A stretch of DNA of 61,530 bases, the filler included, from Sphacelaria rigidula (lineage: Eukaryota): assembly GCA_964200075.2 (NCBI GenBank). It is 4 parts of 4 records of this genome, joined end to end, with 100 filler letters (N's around TTAATTAATTAA, not from the genome) between each part and the next. Parts side by side here need not be neighbours in the genome. Positions count along the whole stretch, not along the records: positions 1 to 15,309 come from CAXNAA020001804.1; 3 more parts are not named here. One strand, given 5' to 3'. The notes below the pieces were generated by a model. The model did not search any database and was not told the origin of the DNA. It was given only the letters and a program-made list of their open reading frames with translations. Below are positions 1 to 9,929 of the stretch, piece after piece (the stretch's first letter is position 1; each line of letters opens with the position of its first letter). The position numbers and the translations under genes were made by a program.

Positions 1-895
1 GCCGATCATACTCCGTCCCCCTGCTTCCACCCACCATCAACCCCCCAGCCCCCCCCCCTCCCCTCCCCCACCCGGCATGGTGTACCGCAGTTCAGTAAGA
101 GCTACGGCAGGGAAGGGAATGTAGCACCCCTCTCCCAAGTGAAAAGCTTTGCGATTTCGATTCTCTCGAGTTGCTGAAGATCCTGCAGTATGTGATTTGT
201 TTAGTGGTCGACCTGTCGTTTTTTCTTGTGGGGACAAAAGACTACTCGTGTCGATCGTGATGAGGATCGCTGGCTTTGGATTCGGTCAGAGATGTCTCGT
301 GTTTTCACCTCTTGTTGTCGCCTATGTAGTGAGGGTAGCCGCCATGTGTCACCTGTGTCGGGGTTATCCGGATTATGACTCCAACGTCAATCGGGATGGC
401 GGCATCAATAGGTCGGTTTTACTGTAATGTTTTATATCTCATCATTCGTCTCTGTCTACTGGCCGGTCTGTTTGTGTGACGGCCTTCCGCCATGGACCTT
501 TGTTCGAGTATGATGTTGAGGTATGCGATGATGTCGTCGTGTTGTTGTTGTTGTTGTCTCCACATTGAGAAAAACCGTTCCGATATCTGCGTAGTACTCT
601 GTACTGGGCATCTGATGCGGACGCCTTCCGTGGTCGCAGGCTAACTGCCCCGAGCGAGGGTAGACGAGAACAATAAAACCAAAATCGGACTCAAAAATGT
701 TTCACTCAGACGACGCGATACAAAAGAAATAGAGAACAAATAGAAGAAAAATACAAGAAGAAAATATATATGCGCGTCTCTTTTGGTATATATATATATA
801 TTTGATACATCAACTCTTGGTGTGAGTCGTCTGTGGATATATTTGTCGACATCAACAAATCATCTCCGTTGGGTTTTACCGGTATTGCTGTGAAG

Positions 896-1045
896 GTGAA
901 GCGGGCGCTTGGCGCGCAGTGCTTCCCCGTGGGAGGATATGCGATCAAGACATACCTGCCTGACGAGGAAGTGGGTATCTCGGCGTTCCTCTGCCACGGG
1001 CAGGAGAAGAGCTGGTTCGTCAGGGTCAACGAGACGCTGTGCAAG
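896..1045 (+). CDS. Exon (first seen in window; gene 5'-partial) of a Pol-beta-fold nucleotidyltransferase-like protein, plant-type PAP/OAS1 substrate-binding family
   Basis: AG|GTG...AAG|GT, 150 nt, phase 0. Encodes VKRALGAQCFPVGGYAIKTYLPDEEVGISAFLCHGQEKSWFVRVNETLCK, which resembles the family motif FGSVPLKTYLPDGDIDLTAF. The nine exons (896-1045, 1754-1975, 3008-3127, 3645-3776, 7058-7297, 8744-9160, 13315-13511, 14348-14579, 14816-14926) splice in frame with GT-AG introns and no stop. Confidence 0.88.
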
Positions 1046-1753
1046 GTCAGTACGAGGGTTACGGAGATGTGTTGAACGGGTGTACCCCCCAACCCTTCGC
1101 GAGGAAGCCATGGCTGATACACTCGTCGCCCTATCCTCACCCTTACCCTGGCGCTGAGCCGACTCCTAACCCTAGCCAAAACCGTGGAGTGTCAAGTAGC
1201 GCTTTCGTGTGTTTTGCGAACTGGCTTCAGCTTTGCCCTCCGGGCGTTGGGCCTCATTTCGGAAGTATAACGGCGCGTGCTCGTGACTGGCGGTGCCCTC
1301 GATTCTACGGTACGACTGAGTTGATCCGCTCTGTTCAATGTTGGTAAGCAGCGCCGCCGATGACATGATGCCGTGTGTAGTGTACAGTTCCCAAGCTGTG
1401 ACTGACGCTGATCGGTTGAACAAGGCTGTCGTCTGTCACACGGTTCGTAGGGTGTCGCTGACATGTACTGTACAAGACGGACCCTGAAATACAGGTACGA
1501 CAGTACGGTGGTACCCGTCAGTTCTCATGTCTTGAGCTGACGGACTTGCTGTTTTCGTCGGTTGGTTTCATTTCTTCCTGAAACACCCTGTTTGCTTTTA
1601 GCTGTTGTTGTTGATGTTGGTGATGCCGTTATTATTGCTTCCGTGGCATTCTTTTGCCCTCCTTTTTTTTCTTTCGTTCTCGTGCTCGTGACACCGAGTA
1701 CCCTGTTCTATGTTTTTTTAACTTTCTGGTGCTCCCCCGCCGTCAAAATGCAG

Positions 1754-1975
1754 GTTTCGAGCGAAGCCTCAGAGGAAGCGGCGGCCGAAGGCGGGAGTGG
1801 GGTTGCTGTTAGCGGAGATGCTGGAGAGGAGCAAGCAGCGGTAGGGGGGGCAATCGGGGGTGCGGTGAATGATAAGGACGCCGACGAGGGGTCTAGCTAC
1901 AAGCATCGCCTGAGTAACGTCAATTTTATTAATATGGGCAACTTGCAGAAGATCAAGTGCGTCGTGGACAATCAG
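1754..1975 (+). CDS. Nucleotidyltransferase-like gene, exon 2
   Basis: cag|GTT...CAG|gt, 222 nt. An E/A/G-rich insert is followed by LSNVNFINMGNLQKIKCVVDNQ (family motif VKxIKCLVDNI). Confidence 0.88.
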
Positions 1976-3007
1976 GTATTGCGCCCTTGCTTCAGCCAGC
2001 TGTAGATTCATTTGATTGGTCGATGCGTGAAGCAGCAAATCACGTGCTCTTGGTTGACTGGTTTGATCATCCCGAACCCAGTCCGTGGTCGGTGACGAGA
2101 TAAATCGTGCAGCACTCAAAAGTCATGTCAACGAGGAATACTCGCTAGAGAGGGAGCTCGAGTTCAAGAGGCAATAAAAGGCAAAAGGTAGCGAGGAGAA
2201 AACTGAGAAACGCTGACGATAATTAATCGGATATGCAGTGACCCAGTCTGCCCGCAAGCTTGCTCCATCCGATAGTGCTGAAATCTTGCCTGTTTCGCGT
2301 GGACTGGATCATCCCCGGTGCAGTCTCACCTCTGACCTTGCCTTTCAACTCCTGGACTGCTCAGCAGTGTGTGCATCCATTTTGAGTCCAGGTGTGCCAG
2401 TGACAACGTTTGTGTCGTGCTTGGAATTTGACGTACGGAACTAGACGCACAAAAACAGAATTCTTTACCGAGGGCCCAAGAGTTGTTCATTTGCTGCACT
2501 GCACGCGGTGTTTGTGGTGGTGGTGGTGGAGGAGCTGAATGGATGATGACACGCAGGATTAATCCGAGCCCTCGGTTGATTCTGATGGCTGCTGGATAAG
2601 CGCCACAAGAATTTCGTGCTGTTCATTGATATGCTCTGCGGTCGAGCGATTCAAGTACAAGAGTACACCAATGGCCAGGTATCGTTGGACGGAAGAGATG
2701 CGGTTCTCAATGCCTACAGGCGCGGTGCATTCGAGAAGAATCAGGTTCGGCCGTTCAAAGCATGGGGGCCTTGGGAGCAAAGGATGTGTTCGGCGAGAGT
2801 CGACAGCATGCGGGAGTAGTGCTAGTCGTATCCACGGGTGACGTCCCGTACAAGGCGGGCGGGGGGTTTGAAGTAATGGAGGAGAGGGAAAGGAATCGTC
2901 TGACCACCCGTTATTTATAGTTGTAGTGGCGCACGTGCTACGACGGTTGACGAGCGTCCTCCTTCCATGTTTGATCTACGCGTTTGGTGCGTCTTGGTCG
3001 GAAAAAG

Positions 3008-3127
3008 GTGGCTGTCGATATCGGAGCCAACCAGGTCGGGGATATTGCCACTGTTGCGTTGCTGGAGGAGACCGACCAGCTGCTGGGAAAGAACCATCTC
3101 TTCAAAAGGAGCCTTCTGCTAATCAAG
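3008..3127 (+). CDS. Nucleotidyltransferase-like gene, exon 3
   Basis: aag|GTG...AAG|gt, 120 nt. Encodes VAVDIGANQVGDIATVALLEETDQLLGKNHLFKRSLLLIK (family motif VVDISFNQLGG...LE.VD.LIGK.HLFKRSIILIK). Not present in the ORF track. Confidence 0.92.
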
Positions 3128-3644
3128 GTGCAAAAATCCCCATGAAACAATGCTGCCATCTGACCAAATTATTTCAGCACGTTTTCGAGTACATTTTCTC
3201 AAGGTATTTTGATGTGGCATAGGTGGACATTGCACGATTGCGCCAAGGGATGAGCCCACGGCCGTTATTTGAACTTTGGCGTCGTAGCCGTGTTTGTGTC
3301 TTTCGTTTTCCTGCTATTCAATTTGTGCAGCTTTGGATCATACTGGCTTTGGTATTTTGTGCCTATCGAGCAATAAGCAAGGCACTCCAGCGAACCCTAA
3401 CCCACCTATTAGGGCGACTGCCGGGCAATTTTGGCACGTGCCGGAGAGAAGCATGTAGCTGACTCCTCGTGGGCGCAAGAGGATGATCAGGGTTGGGGAT
3501 AGTGTTACAGAGTGAGGGTTGGAAGGTTCATAGCGATGTAGTTCGTGTACGGCACAAAAGTGATGAATGAATCGACTCCGACCTCACCAATGTGTCCAAT
3601 TTTGTTCGCGCCAACTGGTGGGTGTTCTTCGTCGATACGAGCAG

Positions 3645-3776
3645 AGCTGGTGGGTGTACGAGAGCAGGGCGTATACGGGCAGCAACATGCTGAGTAGAAT
3701 TACGGAGGCTGCTCTAGCGACGATGGTGCTCGCTGTGGTGAATCAGTACCACGCGAGGCTGCACACCCCTCTCCAG
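3645..3776 (+). CDS. Nucleotidyltransferase-like gene, exon 4
   Basis: cag|AGC...CAG|gt, 132 nt. Encodes SWWVYESRAYTGSNMLSRITEAALATMVLAVVNQYHARLHTPLQ (family motif AWCYYESR...STYALETLVL...L.GPL). Confidence 0.92.
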
Positions 3777-6225
3777 GTGTGTATTCATGTTGGTGTTGGC
3801 AGGCAAAAGCGACGGCCGGTGTACACTGCATTTTGCGTTGCGTCCAGTGGCTGCATTAGCTGCGCGGGATTCAGGCTGTCATTGCTGCACGGATGAATTA
3901 ACGATGGTGAGTGTACCGTGGAACATGACAGCTAGTTCGTTCGAGGTGCACCCTACAGCATAGATGGACCCCTGCGACTTTGTTGATTGGCCACAACGTT
4001 TAGCAGTAGTTCCTGCCGTGTGCATGCTGCAGTTGCAGGTGGGGTGTCTGGGGGTTCTCTGGTGTCTCGCTCTTCCGCAGCGGTATCATGGAATACGACA
4101 ATTCCCCTCTACCGGTGTGTTTCGGTTTGTGCCCACCGTGTAGTTGTTTCGCACAGAGTCTCATGGATCCTCGCGTTCTGCTAAAGAACGTGTCGTTGTT
4201 CGCGACCTATCTGTCGACTTAGGTTTGGGGTTGTACACTTTTTGCAGTCACGAGCAAGAAACTGTGGGTATGGGTGTCGGTGTTGATTAATTTTAATTCA
4301 TTGATTAGTATCGCACTTCACCCCATCCACCAGGGATCCAGCCGTGTTTCTCATGATGGACTTACACAGGATAGACGTACCCGAGACAAGGCAACGGTGA
4401 AACACTCGGTGAAGAAAAGAGACGAAAAGCAGCAAAGGTCGAACCGAGTAGACTAGGAAATAGTACTCGGAGTGTCAAACAAAATGAAAGGAGAACGCCA
4501 CGAAAAACACAAACGAGAGGAAAAAGAATGTGACATGTGTATCATGCCTGGCACCCAAGGGTCCACAGTCGTGTCTTTGGCGTGGCGGTGTCACCGTCGA
4601 CGTGCTGGTGCCATGGCGATCTCGCCACAGAACACAAGTCACTCATCGATAAATTATTCCGCGACGACGACTGAATGTGTAGTTGTGATTCTTGTGATGC
4701 CCTTCATCTCGGAGGGAGCGAGGCGTATGAACCCCTTAGGTGCGGGATGACATGGGTGACCATAGTTGGATCCTCAATAGACTGCTTACAGTGTGTGAAA
4801 AGCAACTAGATACCTATCGTCACACCGTCATATTTTCATGAAGTCACTGAGTGGAGTCAAGGGATTACCCAAAATATATTTCAACGGCGGTGATCGTCAA
4901 CAGAGGAGTAGCTGCTCAGCTGTATACTAGGTTCGCGGGTTACCGGCTGTGAAGGACGGCCTGCCATGCTTTTTTTTTTTTCTTTAGCGAAAGTCGGCAA
5001 AGTCCACCCCGAGCATCGAGGTTTAATTCGAAATATTTACGAATATGAGGTTTCAGCTGCTTCCGTCGCGACGCTCAGTAGATTATTCCAAGATATTTGA
5101 TGGATACGTTCAAGTAGATCGTTCCTCGTCCAATCTCTGTACTGCAAGCTGACAGAAGTGGAACCCCAGCATCTGCTGAACCGGCACCATTTTCATTCGA
5201 AATAGAAAACCATGCAGCTCCGGTATGGTGAACAAGGCTGGTACGTACCAGAAATAATCTGATGTTACTGTAGAAAATTCCTCGGGCGTATGTGTAAATT
5301 TCGGGGAGAAGTTGAATCAATGTAGTGCAAGTTGGACATTTCAGGAAGAAGTTAAAAATCGCATGGCTCTAAAGCGAAAATTTCTTGCCCGAAAACAGGG
5401 CCTGCGGCTGATTCCGCTGCGCTCTGCTAGAGCGAACTCAGCCAAGGCAATGTGTTTGCCAGCTGTAATATCGAAGGACGTGAGTATGTTCAGTGAACAG
5501 TTGATAAGAGCTAGCATTAGAGTGTAGTCGGGTCAGTGCGTGTATAATACAAGATTTGAATACGTGTATTGAAGCCCGAGATGGTCTACGAGCCTCGGAG
5601 GGGAAAATGTCACCGCTTACAGTTGTAGACTCTGACCGTCATTGTTACCTAGATGAGGTACAGTTAGGACAAAGCACAGCAGGCGTGTTTACGGCAGGTT
5701 GAAGGATCACGGGTCTGCCGGTCTGTTGAGGCACTCCGTGAGTGTTGAATCTCGAGGGTATAAGGTTTATTGTCACCTTGTGGGAGGAGCAGCTGGGATG
5801 TTGCCCTCCTGTAGAATAAACAGCGAAGGTAATGAATGAATAACTAGAACTGGTGAACTAACGTGCCAATCATGGAAGGAGTCCGCGTAGCTGACTGGCG
5901 TTGAGTGACATGGAGTTCATTGGGTCCAGTGTTGAACAGGTGACACGTCAGCCCAGGGGAATCGGTGAGTTTGCAGGCATCATGGGCTTTCACGAAACGA
6001 AATCAGCTCAACACGTGTCTATGTCGAGAAGGGGCGGATAAAGCGAAGCCGAGGGGTGTTCTGAGGTAGTGCTAGGGCGTGCTGTGGTGTCGCACGTGCG
6101 CAAGGCGGGGGGACCACAGGGCACGAGAAAGGGTGGATGAAGAGTTGATACTGAGCTCTTGAAGCCCCCTTGAAAGCATAACGCCGCATTTTGAGCGCGA
6201 AGATAATTTGTTCATCAGTGTACGT

Positions 6226-6575
6226 GTTGTGTGTTGTCATCCTATCTATTCTGAACGCAAGTGCACACCTTTCGGTATATGTGGGCGCATCAGTCGGGGC
6301 CACAGGAGGAAGACCAAGAAAGGGGTTATTTCTTTTTCTTTTGATTTGGGACTCCACCGTCCTTCTGCGGTGCTTGCCTAATTTTTTTCAGGTTCAAAAG
6401 TCACTTTCCCTCGACGACCGTGAAGTTAAATTTTGTGTACCGACGACACTGTTGCTCTCTATTGTTGAGTATTGTGTGGGAAATAATCCCATATCGTGTG
6501 ACCGCACCAAGAGTCGAACCCGCGACCCAACCGTCAGGAAGTTGAGAGGTAACCAACTGAGTCACTGGGGCGACC
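6226..6575 (-). mobile_element. tRNA-derived SINE in intron 4
   Basis: The minus-strand head GGTCGCCCCAGTGACTCAGTTGG...GGTTCGACTC has A-box and B-box-like motifs. The 3' part (ACACCTTTCGGTATATGTGGGCGCATCAG on +) recurs at 46094-46124, and both copies have a (TGT)-type simple tail. Confidence 0.7.
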
Positions 6576-7057
6576 AGTGATTCAGTGTCGACACGATATG
6601 TTAAGAAGGCAGTGTGTTGTGTTGTGTGACGTGTTGCAATGTGTGAGCGATTGTGTGGCGACCGGGGAGATGAACAAAGAAGAGAGAGAGCCCCCGTCAC
6701 GTTGGCGGCGAATGACGTGTCCGGACAGGAGTGTACATGCGAGAGAAAGCGTGGGACAGGCTTTGGCACAAATGTTGCGGCCCTCAAACTATGGCAACGG
6801 ACGTGAAAGCAAATGTAGTCTAATTTCGAGTGGACGAAATGGTGGTCTGTGAGGACTCGAGAACGAGCGAAATGCTGCACTGTGCGACGTCGAGATGTAA
6901 CTCTCCTGGTCTCTGACGAATGTCCCAACGTATGAAGAGGTAAAAAATTGTATAGCACAAAGTTTATGCACAGTTCTCCTCCCTCTTTCTGTTTTGGATA
7001 TCTTGAAAAGTTGTGTGTGTCTCGCTCAGTTTGCTCTTCTTTTTTTTTCTGCCGCAG

Positions 7058-7297
7058 GTCATGGCCTTATTTTTTCACATGCACAGTCATTTTGACTGGA
7101 GCAGGTACTGCTGGTGCATCGAGGGTGCTCGTCGCCTCGACACCCTGCATAGCAACACGCTGCACAGCACTGCCGCCGGTGGTACTGGAAGCGCTAGGTC
7201 TGACGGGACCGGCGGTCATACAAGCGACAGCTATGGCGATGAGGCACAAGCGTTCGAGGGACTAGCAGGGCACCAGGCGCCGTTGCTTCTGTCCCAG
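7058..7297 (+). CDS. Nucleotidyltransferase-like gene, exon 5
   Basis: Polypyrimidine tract, cag|GTC...CAG|gtaaag, 240 nt. Encodes VMALFFHMHSHFDWSRYCWCIEG... (family motif VLY.FL..FS.FDW..YC.SL.GP). Confidence 0.9.
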
Positions 7298-7734
7298 GTA
7301 AAGAGCTCTGATACCAACCAATTTCGCAGGGCGGTCCTCGCGTACGGTTTTTGGGTAATGACGGCACGGGGCGGTTGTCCGTCATTCCGGGCCGAAGTTT
7401 CGCATACTCAATTCTCCTCATATGGAGGGTATGATATATATTCCGACTGGAAGTTAGGTCGAGACGCCGCATCCGAGTTTCCTGTTTTTTTCTTTTCATG
7501 AACCCTTCTTTGAAAATGACTGATGAAATTTCTCACTGCCAATCCGGGGGCGTTGAAGGCATGGTACACAAAAAAGCAACTCGAAAATCAAATTTACGCT
7601 ATCGAATAAGGGGGGTTAATGGTAGCTTGCGGCCGAATCAGGCGACGTCAGTTTTGGATAAAGTCAGAGAAGGTTTCACTGCTTGGACGCTCAGAGTTCG
7701 TACGAGTAGGCTCCCCGTGAAGGTTAAACGTGAA

Positions 7735-8290
7735 TCATGTACCAAAGGGCCACCCGGTATTAATCACGGATAGCAAAGTTGTGCGTTCGAGGCCGTACCG
7801 CACGAATCACGAATTGGGAATGTGTACACTACAAGTAGTACGTCACGAATCAAAAGTGAAGAATACTCCGGAGTATGTACGAACCACAATTTCTGTCTGA
7901 AGCATGGGTGGGAACCATGTACAATTTTTCCATCTCGTATGAACGAAAGGTGGATATCATATACCTATGATATCGGGAAACATCTACGCTTGATTCACCT
8001 CGTATGAGTGGACGGTGGAGAACATGTACCCGTGATTTATATCGCATGATGGGAAATTGAGAAACATGTACGCTCGATTCACCCCGTGGCATGAAAGGCC
8101 AATAACACGTGAAAACGAATCGTGCTGCACGAATGAAAGGGAAGATACATGTACGCTCGATTCACCTCCTGTCTATGGAAGGTGGGGAACATGTACCTAT
8201 GATTGCTGTGCGAATGCAAGGTGGAAAAAACACGTACATGCGATCCATACTCCATACATGTAAGTGGAGAAACGCACGTGGGACTCATGC
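7735..8290. repeat. Degenerate minisatellite, ~42-bp period (~84-bp higher-order unit), intron 5
   Basis: A CATGTAC-like core recurs at about 7737, 7820, 7874, 7916, 7958, 8022, 8065, 8148, 8190 and 8232. CATGTACGCTCGATTCACC is repeated at 8065 and 8148. Confidence 0.7.
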
Positions 8291-8743
8291 AGTATAAATG
8301 TACGATTTCGTACTACTGTTCAGCATCCGGACAAATCCGGCGGCCATCAGCAGTATCGCTGAAGAGCCAACGTCTTGGGCGTTTCTCAAATCCCACCGCA
8401 GATTACGTACAGGCGAGCTGTTCGCATTTGGGCCGCTCTCTTGTGTCCGCACTTATGTACTCCCCCTCCTATATCCGCGACTCGTTTCAAGCCTACATCA
8501 TCATGACTTCTTGTCACTCACGCAGTATTGGATAAGTTTTTTCATCCCTGAGTGTGTCATATCGCAACTTTGTACTCGAGAAAAATTTCGATGGAAACTG
8601 CCTGTTTGGAATGCTGACTTCGTCGCGCCCTGTGTGGTGACGTGATGCATGGATTCTCAGCAAACCCTGACCGTAATTACGTACTCACCCCGTCTAACAT
8701 CCCCCCGGCTCGTTTTCTCCCACCACGCGCACGGCGACTACAG

Positions 8744-9160
8744 GAGGTACTAAACCGCTACCGGTTGAGACACGGCAACAAAGCCAAGCAGCAGCGTGCC
8801 CATGCGATAGGCTCCGGGGGCCGCAAATCCCCCGGTACTGCAACGACCACGCCAACGACAGCATCTACTCTTGGGGTGGGAGTAAGCGATCTCGCGGGCG
8901 ACGCGCCTATACTTCGGGGTCCGGGCGTCGATGCTGGGTTTTCGGAAATTGGGTCGAGGGGTGCAGCGGTAGGTCAGGTGGCCGCTGGTGCTGGAGGGGA
9001 ACGCGGCGGGGGTGTCTCGGGAGATGGAGGAAAGGATGAGCAGTCTCGGAAATTCCCGATCCGGAACATGAACGTCATGAATCCGCTGGACTGCAACGAC
9101 AATCAGATCGATGAAACGGTTACGAGGAAGCGTGCTGCCCGCATGCACAGCTTGCTGCAG
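8744..9160 (+). CDS. Nucleotidyltransferase-like gene, exon 6
   Basis: cag|GAG...CAG|gt, 417 nt. A G/A/T-rich linker is followed by FPIRNMNVMNPLDCNDNQIDETVTRKRAARMHSLLQ (PAP-associated-type motif F..K.LNI.DPL...NNLGRSV). Confidence 0.85.
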
Positions 9161-9929
9161 GTATTTTTCTCGTCTTTTCTCGTTTTCTTTTGCTTGATGT
9201 TCTGTGTTTTTGTCCTTTTTTTTTATTAGATCAGTTTTCTGTGTGACGTCCATCATCGCGATGTTGATGGCTCGCTTTTCGGCACTTACGATGACAATGA
9301 GACAGTAGACCCAAGCCCATGGTGGTATTTTGATCATCAGCGTTGAAAGTTCCAGCCCGACGCCAACGATGTCGTGAGTGCACTATAACGTGTTCTTATG
9401 GCTTTACCGTCCACCCGTGACGGCCTCCCGACTGGAGATGTATATGTCGGAAAAAGTCAATCTCGTCAACAAGCAGACGACGAGGGGAGTGACATGACCT
9501 ACAAAACAGTCTACAGAGCAGCCTGTGTAGTGCGCTAGTTAGATGAAATGTATTTTTTTTACCCGAAGCTCAGTCCCGCAGCTCCGGAGTTTCACTCAGC
9601 GTTGAGATACTGGAACGGATAAAGCGTAGGTGGAGATGAGATGCCAGTGAGTGTCAGCTTCGACGACTTGGAGCTAGCGTTCGACGCGGGCTGGGACGGC
9701 TGCACCTTTGAGAACAAAGTGCGAAGCATGTATCTGAATTTTAACGTACCAGGGAAAGAGCGGAATAGAGGGGAAAATGCCCGCACCTGAGATAAGTAGG
9801 AGGGCTAGACCAGAAAGGAGGGCACGGCAAGGAGAGAAGCGTATAGATGCAGATGGGAGCTAAAGCTAGGTCCAGTACTGGGGTGCTTATGATGGCAACC
9901 TATTTACTTCTTTCATTACAATCACGAGA

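Noticed and set aside
8750-9337. 195-aa minus-strand ORF
   Set aside because: It is the antisense shadow of GC-rich NTase exon 6.
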